A program made the translations under genes and the position numbers. A DNA stretch of 64,000 nucleotides. It comes from Bugula neritina. Its lineage: Eukaryota > Animalia > Bryozoa. Where the stretch lies: assembly GCA_964035545.1 (NCBI GenBank), contig OZ037765.1, forward strand, positions 13,960,698-14,024,697, written 5' to 3'. This document shows, one piece after another, positions 39,201-51,200 of the stretch. Under the pieces are notes generated by a model. The model saw only the letters and a program-made list of their open reading frames with translations, did not search any database and was not told the DNA's origin. Position 1 is the stretch's first letter. Each line of letters opens with the position of its first letter.

Positions 39201-42200
39201 TCTGATCAACAACAAAACCTTCCTCCTGACATTCATACGCACTCTGGAGCAGCAGCAAAAGTTCACTGTTTGGGATAGGGTAGAGCTAGGCTCTTTGATT
39301 TCAGTGGCCTTGCAGCCTAACATGGAGTATCACACAGAGTAAGTACACTAAGCGACTGTGTGTCACAAATCCAGTGAAACCCTGAAAAAATCTTTGTGAG
39401 GCTAATGGACTCTTGCACCTAACCATGCTGGCTGGCAGACTTCCTTTAAGTTGGTCTATCTGTCTCGTAGTGTGTGTGTGTGTGTGTGCGCGTGTGTGCG
39501 TGTGTGAGGTTGTTTCTATCAGCCTAATCAGTTGTACTTCTTTGAACAGTCCTTAAAACTTGTATTGCAAGGTACCTATATAGTAGCAATACTTTTTACA
39601 GGTAAAGGCAATTCTCAAAATAGGCTTATTTTGCCAATAATAAAAATAATTACTCTATGAGTTTTGTGTAAACATGTCTGCTTGTTATTTAGAAGTTGAC
39701 GCTGTCATTTCATGTTAAGGTTTAGTTTTAGAATCTGTGTCATAGATTCAATCATCAACATTTCTGTTTAATCTTTTACCAACAACCTGTAAATAATTAT
39801 ATCCCTTGTGAATATTATATTTTTAATTATTGCCAAACACTAAAATATATTTTCTTTTTGAAATCGATTTCAAAATCTTTTCAAGATATAGATTTTAGCA
39901 TTTATGTTTCCCACTCTGTTTGTAGCATCCTGAAGACTTTATTAGCTGAGCTGATAGAAAGAACCATGAATAATCCAAAGAAGGAGGCTAAAATTTTACT
40001 GCGAAGAAGTGAATCAGTTGCTGAGAAAATGCTTTCAAATTGGTTTGCCTTTCTCCTTCAGAAATTTTTAAAGGTATATATATATCCAAGACCTGTATTG
40101 TAATAAAACAAAGCCATGTGCTATATTGTTTTATCGAAGATTAGCTGTGGGTCTTGTTAAATTCCTCTCTGGTTCTTTAGGAGTGCGCTGGGGAGCCCCT
40201 GTATCTTCTATTTAGGGCTATCAAACAGCAACTAGACAAGGGACCTGTGGATGCTGTTACATCAGATGCCAAATACTCGCTCAATGAAGAAAAACTACTG
40301 AGGCAGATTGTGGAGTGCCGTCCTATTGTGAGTAACACAGCGTTTCCTTCACATGATCAGTTTATGTAGGGAAAATGCAGTTATTCTGAATATGTGCACA
40401 AATGCATCCATACCTACAAAAACTTACACATGCATACACTCATACATACATAAACACGCACACCCTCACACACCCATACATGCACGCACATTGGTACATA
40501 CACACGCCCACATACACACATAGATACACACAACAAATTATTTAGGGAGTTATAACTCTTTGATTTTAGACCCTCCGGTTCCGTAGTCCAGATGCTCACG
40601 CTGTACAGGACCCACAAACAGTAAAGGTACTCGACTGTGACACAATTTCTCAGGCCATTGATAAGATTCTGGACATCTTGTACAGAAATGCACCAAACAG
40701 CTCAAAGCCTGACCGGGATTCTCTAATTCTAGGTGAGTGAAATATTTAGACTTGGACTGAGCAGACAGTGGTACTTAGACTAAACTGTTACTGTTATTTA
40801 GACTAAACAGAAATATGTGATTTTAATTTTCATGCATTCAATGACTACATGGTAAATATTAGCAGGAGTGTAAGAGCAGGCTTTAAAGTCTAGAATTTTT
40901 ACATTGTATTGTACAACAATTTTCACAGTTGTGTATGTTATTCAAATAGCTAGTAGTTTTAGTGTGTGTTTTAGTGTGTGATCTAAAAATATCATTGAAA
41001 AAGCATCACCTCTTAAACCTTCAAAAGAGTTTTCTTTAAAATTGTTTTAGCAATGGTTTTCTTGTGGTTTTAAAAACTTGTGTATTAATTGCTGTAAATT
41101 CTACTGCACATTTAGAATGGGTGAAACCAAATGGAGAGCGTGTAGTTATGACAGATGATGACCCAGCGTTTAGCAAAGTGGAATCAGATCACTGCAAAAG
41201 ACTAGTCACTCTTCAGTGCTACAAGATAACGGATAATGCTACTGTAGCTCTCACACCCCGTCACCATGTAATGGACTCCAAGTCTAGTCTTCCTAAGCAT
41301 GGTAAGCTGGTTTCAAGTTTCAATCTTAGTCAGTGTGTATAGCGGAAGCAAAATTTCTAACATCGCAAGTTTGTCTGTTATTTAATACTGCTCACTTTAG
41401 TTTATTATTTTTACATATTCACTGATTACTTGCAATGGTCAGTTGCATAGATTACGCTACTAAGAAGGTTAATCATCATTTACACCATTAAGAGTTACAA
41501 AAGCTCAATTATTAATATAAATTTTATAGTTCTACCATTATTCTGAAATTTTTTTAAGAACCCAGTCTTGTTACACATGTGGCATTAGAGAGCACTTGCA
41601 TAATGAAGGCATACTTTTTGTTGACCAAATGATAGAACTTTATCATCGCTTTTTATTTTTATACATAATGTTAAATATTCTGTGTGTTGAAATTAAATCA
41701 TGTAATTGATTATAATTTATACCATCATTATTAGAAGTTTGCTAATTCATGTGTACATATTGTGACTATGGCATGTATGCTACACATGCTGATTAGTAAC
41801 TCTACTGTTTGTGTTCTGCAGCACCTATAAAACGATCATTCTCATATAAAATATATGAGTACATGATCTCTAACCTATCATGGTCATCATCAATGGATGA
41901 TGACATGAGTATTTGTAAGTCAGCAATTTGTTGTACGCTTTTCAGTTATGCAGCACATAATAACACTTATTTCACTGATCTTTCTATACATTTATGCTTT
42001 TTACTGTTGTTTACTTGTTTTTAGTTAGTTTTTATGTGATAACAATCATTACTTGTTTAATAGTGTCAGTTTTGTGATTTTGTGTTGTGGGTTTTTTTTT
42101 GGGGGGGGGGGGGGGGAGGAGAGTTAGTTGTGGTTTTGTGCTTTTTCCAATGTAAAGGTTAATTGATGTTTTTAGGCTGTACAAATGGAGATATCATGAA

Positions 42201-44759
42201 GCAAGGGAGGGGTAAAAGAAACAAGTTTTTGGCTCTAACAGAGTTTTAATTAGAGTTTTTAACTGCCTGGGGTAGAACAATTCAATGCAGCTTTTTGGTA
42301 TACTACCTATTTCTAACGCAATGATTGTTAGATAAAGAGGTCTGTCAACAGGCTTTACTTAGAGAAATGCAGTGTTTGAAGTAACAAAAGAATAAATGAA
42401 CATTTTGCTTTATGAAATTTGACTAAAAATTCAAATGAAAATGACTTCTAAGAATATGTTGACAGATACTAGCAGTTCAAGTGGAAATTACCATGGTTCA
42501 GCTACTGGGGACAGCCTGTCTAGAGCCAATAGCACTAACAATATTCTAGATCCTGCAAGTGCTAAGCAGAAAGTCCTTCCATACCATTTGGTAAGCACAC
42601 ATGTTGATTTACATTTAAATTTCGAAGTAAAGATCTGCAAACTAAATAAGCTGACTTTGCACTTGCAATAGAGGCCTATCGATAACAAACATATTTCTTT
42701 ATACAGCAGCATAGATGCCTTTTATGTCTGCCAAAACCAATATTAGAAATGAATGCAGAAATAACATTTACATTTTCAACGGTGATTCTCCGAGTTGAAG
42801 TAGTTTAGCTCTATAATTTTCCACATAGTATTCTAACTGTGCAATCTCAAACTATTTTTTCTAGTCTATACAAACCTAAAATATTGCACTTGAATAAATT
42901 TAAAGTGATTTATTAGGTTTTTTCAATAATTTTTAAAGGTGAAGCCATCAGAGGCTGATGTGCACCAAGAAGGAGACAGAAATAAAATGGTGTCTGAGAT
43001 TTATCTCACAAGGTTGCTGGCAACTAAAGGAACGCTTCAACAGTTCGTTGATGATTTGTTTGAAACAATATTCAGCACGACCCATCGGGGTTCTGCGCTT
43101 CCACTTGCTATAAAATACATGTTTGATTTTCTTGATGACCAAGCTCTGCTGCACAATATTGGAAATGTTGATGTCATACACTGCTGGAAGTCTAACAGGT
43201 ATCAACTATTCAGGGTGTACAGTTATTAGTTGTCTTCTCATGACATTTATAGCAAATTTTTCTGTTGCCTAATTACTTCACAAAATAACACTATTTGCAG
43301 TTTTTTATCTGCAAGGTAAAAACATTTAATTTCAATTTTATGTTATATTTTCCCTACAATTATAACTTTTATATAGGTAGGTTTGTACTGTAACAATTGT
43401 TGGAAAGCAATAGTAATTTGTAATTGTTCAACTCATTTTGCAAACTTTAGAGTATTCTGTAATTTTTATACAATTTAAAGGAAACAAATTGTCAAATCGA
43501 GGAACGATTGTGAATCTTTTACTTTATGCTTTGTAGCTTACCGCTGAAATTCTGGGTCAGTGTAATAAAGAATCCCGACTTTGTATTTGATATTCACAAG
43601 TCAAATATTGTGGATGCTTGCCTCTCAGTTGTTGCACAAATCTTTATGGACAGCTGCTCTACCAGTGAATATCGACTGGGGAAAGAGTCCTCATCCAGTA
43701 AACTTCTGTATGCCAAGGACATTCCAAAATATCGAAGACTGGTGGAAAGGCGAGTTCATTTTTATAAGACATAAGTTTTAAGGCTCTGCTACCAGAGAAC
43801 ATTAACTATTGGACTATTTAGAATTAGTGGTTGCCAGTTTAATAAATTGCAGCATCTCTCACGGCCACCCCAGGTACACTTTGGCTATTCTCTCTAAACA
43901 GCAATTAAAAGAATATTTAAGACAGCATTTCAAAAAAACTAATTTCAGATCAAAGCTTTAGCATCATATAGCAGTTGGAAATTGATAATTCAGTCGATAA
44001 TAATAATTTTAATAGATGTCCATTTGGTTATTTCACGTGGTATTTGTCTCATCATGAAATTCTAATTGAATAGCTCATCCCTTGAAATTGCTGGGGTTGA
44101 ATTAATATTGTCCATGACTTTTATAGGTACTATTCTGACATAAAATCAATGCCAGCCATTAGTGATCATGAAATGGCAGCTGTATTAGCCGAAGAATCAC
44201 GACAACATCGCAATGAGTTCAACAACAGTGCTGCCATCTTTGAATTGCATAAATACATCACTTCCTATAAATCTGAGGTAATTTGCGTACTTGCAGCTTA
44301 TCTTTTATTCAATTTCAAATAGCCTACCGATGCTTTTATTCACTATTTTGTAGTTGATGTACATTGCTTAGATTAAACGAGTTAATTCAATTTTTTAATG
44401 AAATTGCTAATTAGGGTAAATGCCCTACATTTTACACAGTAGATTGAAAATCTTAAATGTCTTTTATGGTAAATAAAAAATATGGAATTTTGCTTGAAAT
44501 TTAATAACTGCTACAGGTTGACAAAACTATTGTTTTTGTTGAGTATTTCAGCAAAACATTTTGTTTTGATAGTTTTTTTAAATATGAAATTATTCACCAC
44601 TGCTTTGTATTATGCAGGGGCATGTTAGTAAATGAAACCTATTTTTTATAATTTCAGATAATGGATGCTTTGAAAGAAGATGAATTTGCCAGAAAGAACC
44701 ATTTAGCCGAGCGTCTTTTTGATGTCAATAATTTGCTCAACATTTCTAGACTAACTTGA
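27240..44759 (+). CDS. PlexA: Plexin-A family semaphorin receptor (multi-exon)
   Basis: Signal peptide [22 protein letters not shown] (exon 27240-28286), Sema domain, PSI domains ([15 protein letters not shown]; CTSC...CNWC; CSECL...CGWC), IPT repeats ([13 protein letters not shown]; [13 protein letters not shown]), TM at ~38250-38320, and a GAP domain with the plexin-A-type [31 protein letters not shown]...[13 protein letters not shown]. Last exon 44658-44759 ends in TGA. Confidence 0.93.
33833..33951 (+). repeat. Intronic minisatellite, ~21-22-bp unit (AGGTATAGGTACAGGTGTATT) x~5
   Basis: Imperfect direct tandem copies within a plexin intron. Confidence 0.75.
36710..36898 (+). repeat. 37-bp tandem repeat x5, each unit containing a plexin 3' splice site and the start of the exon
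   Basis: Unit CTGTCATATATCCTACTCAG|AGGGGGCACCACCCTAA; AG acceptors end at 36729, 36766, 36803, 36840 and 36877. Confidence 0.9.
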
Positions 44760-45129
44760 AGTATTCATGACTTACTAACCCTGGTTTAAACGTAGCATGA
44801 TGTTCTATATGGATGTTCTACACAGACAATCATAGTAGTTAAATTTTATAACAGAAATAGCAAATAACATCTGTTGCATATTCTGTCACTGCTACATCTC
44901 TTAAGCCATTCTGCAATCTTATTACTGCTTTTCTATTTCGCTATTATGAAATGTCACATACTTATATGCATTTATATTATATTACATATTGCCTGTATTT
45001 CCTTTGTACATATTTATAACAATTCGATATTTTACTACATATTTACTCAAAAGCTCATGCTTCTTTTACCACAAGGTTATCAGTGGAAAATTTAAAAATG
45101 CAATAAAACATTTAGTGCATATTAACAAA

Positions 45130-45758
45130 TTAATCAATCTGTATTTCTGTCTTTCTGCCAGACTTAGCCGCGAGCTGCGCTGATAACTGCTCATTATGTG
45201 TTTTTAAAGCTGATTTCAATGTCCATGTTTTATTTATGCCTTCTAGTTCAATCAAATCACAAGTCCATTTTCGGTTTTTTCGGCAATCTACACTGCATTT
45301 TGGAGACCCACATTTTACACAAGGAAAATGACATCCTGAGCAAGTTGGCTCAAGACAGTCACAAAAGTCTGTTCCCTCCTCAATCATCTTGCCATCACGG
45401 TCATGTATAGCATTAGTGTAATTAGCTCTACAATAGCACAAGTAGAATCAAAAGCAAATTGCAAATGATAGGCACTTCATTAGCCATTTTCAATGAAGAT
45501 CATAAAATGAAGCAACTGTAAACATGTTAGTACACATATATTTTAAGTTTTATGTAGCACGGAAAATTGTGAAACTTGATATATAACAACTAATGAATGT
45601 GGGAAGTAGCATTTATCAACTTACTTGTAGATGTTTGATCTTGCCAATTTTCTTCTTTCTCTAGAACTGGTCTGGGGATTAAAATCGCCTAAAAACTCTT
45701 GAGAAACTTTGAGCACTGCATTATTAACTCGAGCCACATCTTTAGACTTGCCTGCCAT
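45130..45758 (-). CDS. ARL14EP: ARL14 effector protein-like (ARF7EP C-terminal Cys-rich domain), 2 exons, ~143 aa
   Basis: Exons 45758-45625 (MAGKSK...DFNPQTSSRERRKLAR) and 45427-45130 (IHDRDG...DFCDCLEPTCSGCHFPCVKCGSPKCSVDCRKNRKW). GT-AG intron, phase 2. Confidence 0.85.
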
Positions 45759-46400
45759 TTTAAGAATGTTCCCAGTTACTTATACCTATGATATTCTTTG
45801 ACCTCTATTGTTTTTTCACTCGTATTTTTTTGCTATACCATTTGCATCTTTCTCATTTCGAAGAGCAGACCTTCAAAAGTTGATAATACAGCTGTTTTTT
45901 AATTTGAAGACTGTAAACGGAGACTTAATAACAAGTCCTAGCAAAATTAGGCATAGTGATGGCTTAACAGTGACAGGCTAGTACTATAATATTCACAGTG
46001 ATCTAGAACAAATCAAAATTTAAATCATTCAACATTTACTTTTAGAATCCACCTGCTAGCCAATAATAGCAGGTACGCAGTGTGGTAAACTCAAGTTTGT
46101 GGTCAAGAATGAAAATCACAATGCTGTCACTTATTATTGTAATCCAAGAAAGATACTCGTAGTCATACTCGTACTGATACTGACAGTCAATGTCATAGTT
46201 ATGAGAATAAGTAGTAATATTACTATCACTGTAACATTTACTATTAGCATTACTATAAGTATAACTGTATATATTAATATATAACTTATATTTATAATAT
46301 AATATATAATAATCATAATAAAAACTAAAGGTATAACTAAATGCCGACGCCTGACAGCTAATGAAATTGAATAACAACACACTGCTAAAAACTCACGCAT

Positions 46401-46600
46401 GTTTATAGTCGCTATCCCTGTGAGAAACCCTTGATGGAAAGGGTTTTTGTTAAAGCGGGCTAAGAACTTATTTAGATGAGGCCCAGTAGCAATTATGATT
46501 GGGTGCTTTTCCTAATATCACCAATGGCCGTTGTCAGGGCTCGAACCCATGACTTTGTGCTTACTAGGCAAACGCTCTAACCGCTAGACCACGGCTGCTC
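46401..46600 (-). mobile_element. tRNA-derived SINE
   Basis: Minus strand shows A box TGGTCTAGCGG (46591-46581) and B box GGTTCGAGCC (46547-46538), then a core CCATTGGTGATATTAGGAAAAGCACCC shared with the copy at ~55968-56083. Confidence 0.8.
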
Positions 46601-46739
46601 CCAACAACATACTGTTGGTGATGGTGATTATTTTTATTAAAAAAATTAATTTCAACACCTATTTTAATGAATCACTTAAAATATAACATTATGATTATGA
46701 TTAATTATTAACTAATACTACGCGTATAAATTAAAATAT

Positions 46740-47043
46740 TGTGGTGGCTCGTGGAGCTACCAGCAACACAATACGCAAGGTTGCGTATTGACCCGGAACA
46801 ATGTATTAGCCAATTAGCTAGGCTGTTTTATAAGTAATAGTAGCCGCTTCGCGCTACTAGCTCAGTTGAGGATAGTGCTGTAAATTAAATAGACGTGCGT
46901 ATCATTACTGTTGTACATTGGATTTTATTATGTATTCTTGTATTAAATATAACGATATCTACTCGACTTAACCGGTGAAGTTTCTCTAGTGATAAATAGA
47001 CTCTCTTGGTGGCACATCAACCCTAAATCTGAAAATCATAACA
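46740..47043 (+). repeat. 5' LTR
   Basis: TGTGGTGG...CATAACA; no difference seen from the 3' LTR. Confidence 0.97.
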
Positions 47044-47044
47044 G

Positions 47045-47062
47045 TGGTGGCAGCAGTGGGAT
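47045..47062 (+). promoter_or_regulatory. Primer binding site, probably tRNA-Leu
   Basis: TGGTGGCAGCAGTGGGAT begins 1 nt after the LTR. Its complement ATCCCACTGCTGCCACCA resembles tRNA-Leu 3' ends. Confidence 0.75.
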
Positions 47063-47076
47063 AGTGTATATCAAAG

Positions 47077-47943
47077 ATGGAGACTGAAAATGCTAGAATG
47101 CAACCACCCCCAGTAGAAGGTGAGCGTAGAAATGCTGTTAATCCTGTGAATCGTGAAGGAGAAGAAGCTTATAGACATTGCTTGAAAGCTCCCACCTTTA
47201 CTGGGTCGGAAGATGTCGAACAATTTATACAAGAATTTAGAGAGGTAATGGAAGTTGCTCAATGACCGCATAGAGTGGCCCTTATTCAATTGCGGAGAGC
47301 GGTGACGGAGCAAGCCAAGCCGTACGGAGTGGGAACGGACGTAGACGGCATACTGGCTGCGCTGCGGGCCCGTTTTGGCACCTCCGTCATAGACGCTAGG
47401 ACCAAGCTGGAGAGATTGTGCCGCACCCCGCGGACCTCGCTGCAAGAGCATGCCGCGACGGTGAAGAAGCTGGCGCAGATTGCATATAGCGATCTGCCAG
47501 CACAACACCAAGAGCGTTACACCTATGACGCCTTTGTCCAGTCCCTAAACGACCTGGACCTAGACCATCACCTACGAGCTAAAGGGATAACCAGAATAGA
47601 GGATGCCCTGAAGGCTGGAGAAGCTTACCTGTTGGCTACCCAAATGCATCGAGCACAAAGGAACCCACCAGTAGTTGGAGTCAGCGCTGCCAGGGCTACG
47701 ACAGGCTCCGAAGCCCTCCCGCTGGAAGCCGAAGTGGACCGTATGGTAGAGATGCTGGGACAATTGGTAACCATTCTGGCCGGTGCTGGCCCCGGTCAGG
47801 CCTTGCGGATGCCCCCAACACCTGTGGGGCAGGGCTGGAGTAGCGCTGATCAGGACCAGGGACAGAAAGGACGACCCCAATACCAGGGGGCGTTAAACTG
47901 TCACGGCCCGCGGACACACTCCCTCCCCGCGGGCCGCAACTAA
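47077..47943 (+). CDS. gag: Gag, interrupted by an in-frame TGA at 47263-47265
   Basis: ORFs 47077-47265 and 47275-47943 are in the same frame: KAPTFTGSEDVEQFIQEF...EVAQ*PHRVALIQL...ALRARFG. Confidence 0.85.
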
Positions 47944-47949
47944 AGGAGT
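47892..47949 (+). promoter_or_regulatory. Predicted -1 programmed ribosomal frameshift signal (G_TTA_AAC + H-type pseudoknot)
   Basis: Slippery heptamer 47892-47898 in the gag frame; 5-nt spacer; stem 47904-47913/47927-47936; loop ACTCC (47918-47922) complementary to GGAGT (47945-47949). Confidence 0.7.
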
Positions 47950-48241
47950 ATGGTGGAACGCGCCGTCGTCTGTCCGTACGGACGCGGCGGAACATTCCAC
48001 CCGAGTGGCAGGTACCACGCAGGACTAGTAGGCCCGCACAACGGCCCAGTACCTTCTCTCTGCCACTCGCTAACCGGTTTCACCGGTTACCTCGGGAGGA
48101 GGAGCCCGCCACTGAAATGGAGCCAGAAGGCCCAGTGGAGAGGCCCAAACCCCGCCGGCACCAACCTCGCCGCCGGAAGCCCCGTAAACCACGGGTGAAA
48201 CCCCCGCCGTCCTGTCAAACCAGGACAACACATGCGGGGGG

Positions 48242-51200
48242 GTGAAAGTACAACCACATGGAGAGAGCTATTTCCTACCCGGAAAGGTGGCCGGCAACGC
48301 CGTCACTTTCCTGCTCGACTCCGGTTGTACTACCAACCTTCTCAGTCGTAGAGTCTTTGAGGCACTGCCCCGCCGGGACAGGGATAGAGTACGACCGTAT
48401 ACTGGAGAACATGGCACCCTGGCAGACGGGTCATGTATCCCCTTTTATGGTATTATCGAGCTCCCTGGGCGTGTCCGAGATCAGGCTGTACAGGAGACCT
48501 TTATCATAGGTCAACTGGAGGAAGATGCTATCCTCGGAATGCCCTTCTTGAAGCAACACCAGTGCCGAATAGATTTCAGTAAGTCGGTGGTGCTGATGGG
48601 CGGGCGAGAACTCGCCTGTGTGGATAAGTTTGGGCGTCCTCTGGTGGGCGGTGTTCAGGTAGTTCGAAACTGCACCGTACCCGGACGCTCCAGAGCTACT
48701 ATCCACTGCCGAGTGAACAGCAACCGGATAGCCAGGCTCGGGGTCGTTGAAAGCGCGCACGAAAAGATCCAACTCGCCAGTAGTTTAAACCGACTAACTG
48801 AGCGAGGGGAGGTCTTAGTGCAGTGCGTCAACCCCTTTACCGAGCCCATTGAGCTCCCAGCTGGGTCAATGCTGGGCCGGTTCCATTCCGTCCAGGAAGA
48901 GGACGTGGGCCCGTCGCTGGGTGACGCGACGGAGGCACCCCCTCGACACCTTATTCAGGGACGAGGGGCAGTCCCAACACATCTCCGGGAGTTATACGAA
49001 ACAGCCAGTGGCGGCTGCGCGAGTAACAGAGAACGCCAAGCTATGGCCAAGTTACTACGCGACTACGGTGATGTGTTCAGCAGCGGAGAGCATGACGTGG
49101 GACTGACTGGAATTGTCAGACACGAAATACCGCTGACTGCAAGGACAGTCCCTGTCCGGCAGCCCACGCGCAGGCTGGGGCCCGAGAAAGAGAAGGAGGT
49201 TAGCCGACAAGTACGGGATCTTCTGGACCGGGGACTGATAGAGCCCGCCCATAGTGCGTGGAGCTCGCCAGTCGTACTGGTCCGGAAGAAAGACGGCAGT
49301 TGGCGGTTCTGTGTGGACTACCGCAAACTCAATAGCGTAACCATACAGGACGCCTACCCTCTACCTCGTATGGACGAGTCATTGGACGCCCTAGCCGGCA
49401 GCAAGTACTTCAGTACGTTAGACTTGCTAAGCGGCTATTGGCAGGTTCCTCTGAGTCCCGACGCCCAAGAGAAAGCGGCGTTTATCACACGGGACGGTTT
49501 GTGGAAGTGGAAGGTGCTGCCCTTCGGGTTAACCTCCGCCCCAGCCACCTTCCAGAGGCTGATGGAACAAGTCCTTAGCGGACTCCATTGGAAGACACTG
49601 CTGGTCTACCTCGATGATGTCATCGTAATCTCTCCAGACTTCGAGACACATGTCAGTCGTCTGCAGGAGGTTTTCGAGAGACTCCGAGGTGCCGGTCTTA
49701 AGCTCAAACCTTCCAAGTGCGCTCTGTTGCAGCCGGAGGTCAAGTACCTGGGGCACGTTGTCGGTCGAAACGGCGTGGCAACGGATCCCGAAAAGGTACG
49801 GGCAGTAGAAGACTGGGTCACCCCCCAAGACTTGACCGGACTCCGGGCTTTCTTGGGGCTGGTAGGGTATTACAGGCAATACATACCAGACTTTGCGGGC
49901 ATAGCCCAGCCGTTAAACCGGCTTACCGCAAAGGGAGTGACGTGGCAGTGGACTCCAGTCGAACAAGAAGCGTTCGACCGCCTCAAGGGCTGCCTCCTAA
50001 CGGCGCCCATCTTGGCCTACCCAGACCCCACTCTGGAGTACATCCTAGACACGGACGCCAGTGACCAGAATGTTGGCGCTGTGCTGTCACAAATGCAGGA
50101 AGGCCGAGAAGTAGTAGTAGCCTACTACAGCAAGTCTCTCTCTCCCGCTGAACGAAATTACTGCACTACCCGCAAGGAGCTGCTGGCAGTAATCAAGTCA
50201 GTGAAGCACTTCAGACCATACCTATATGGCAGGAAGTTCCGGCTGCGTACGGATCATGCCTCGCTGATCTGGTTGTGCAGGAGAGCAGAGCCCTCTAGTC
50301 AGGTCGCCCGGTGGCTCGAAATCCTAGCTGAATTCTCGTACCGGATCGAACACCGACCGGGCAAGAGACACAGCAATGCGGATGGGTTGAGTCGCCGACC
50401 TGACGGAGGTTGCAAACAGTGTCTCAACATCGAGAGGAGGGATGGAGGTCCCCCACGATGCGAGTTGGAGACGCTGGCTCATCACGGAGCACCGTTTGAC
50501 TGGGATCAAGGTCAACTCAGGCAAAGAGTTGATGAGTCCCCGGAGGATGTACAAAACCTCCGCGCCAACCCTGTACTGGCCGGTAATGTTCGAGAGCTGA
50601 AGAAGCTCCAAGAAGAGCTGCCTGGAGTCGTGGCAGACATATACCGGGCCAAAAGGGAAGGGCGACGACCCAGCGAGGAACGCATACGACAGGGATGCGC
50701 CGAGTTCCGGCTATACTGTCAGCGTTGGGACTCGCTGCGGATCGGGCAGGATGGGTTGCTAACCATCTCTCTAGCTGCCAGCGGTAGACACCCGGAAAGG
50801 AAGAGGGTAGTCTGCCCCACAGCCATCCGCCGTGAGTTGATTTGGGATACTCACAAGCAGGCCCACGCAGGGGTCAAGCGAGTGATATCCAAATTACGAC
50901 TCCGGTGGTATTGGCCGCAGATGGAGCGTGACGTCCGGCTCAGAGTCAAACAGTGTGATATCTGCCAGGCCAGTAAGCATAGCCGCCCCCCTGGTGAAGC
51001 AGGACGGCGGAGGCTATATGCTGGTAGGCCCTGGCAAGTAGTCGCTGTAGACCTGGTCGGACCCATGCCCCTGACCCCCAGAGGCAATAATTGGATCCTA
51101 GTACTAACCGACCACTTTACTAGGTGGGCGGATGCTCTGGCTATCCCAGATGCATCAGCCCCAACAGTGGCCAGGGCACTAGACCAACATATATTCTGTT

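Noticed and set aside
46042-46400. Overlapping short ORFs upstream of ARL14EP
   Set aside because: They arise from low-complexity AT hexamer repeats.
46525-46600. tRNA gene
   Set aside because: A/B boxes are present, but no clean acceptor stem was found and the sequence runs into a SINE core repeated elsewhere in the window.
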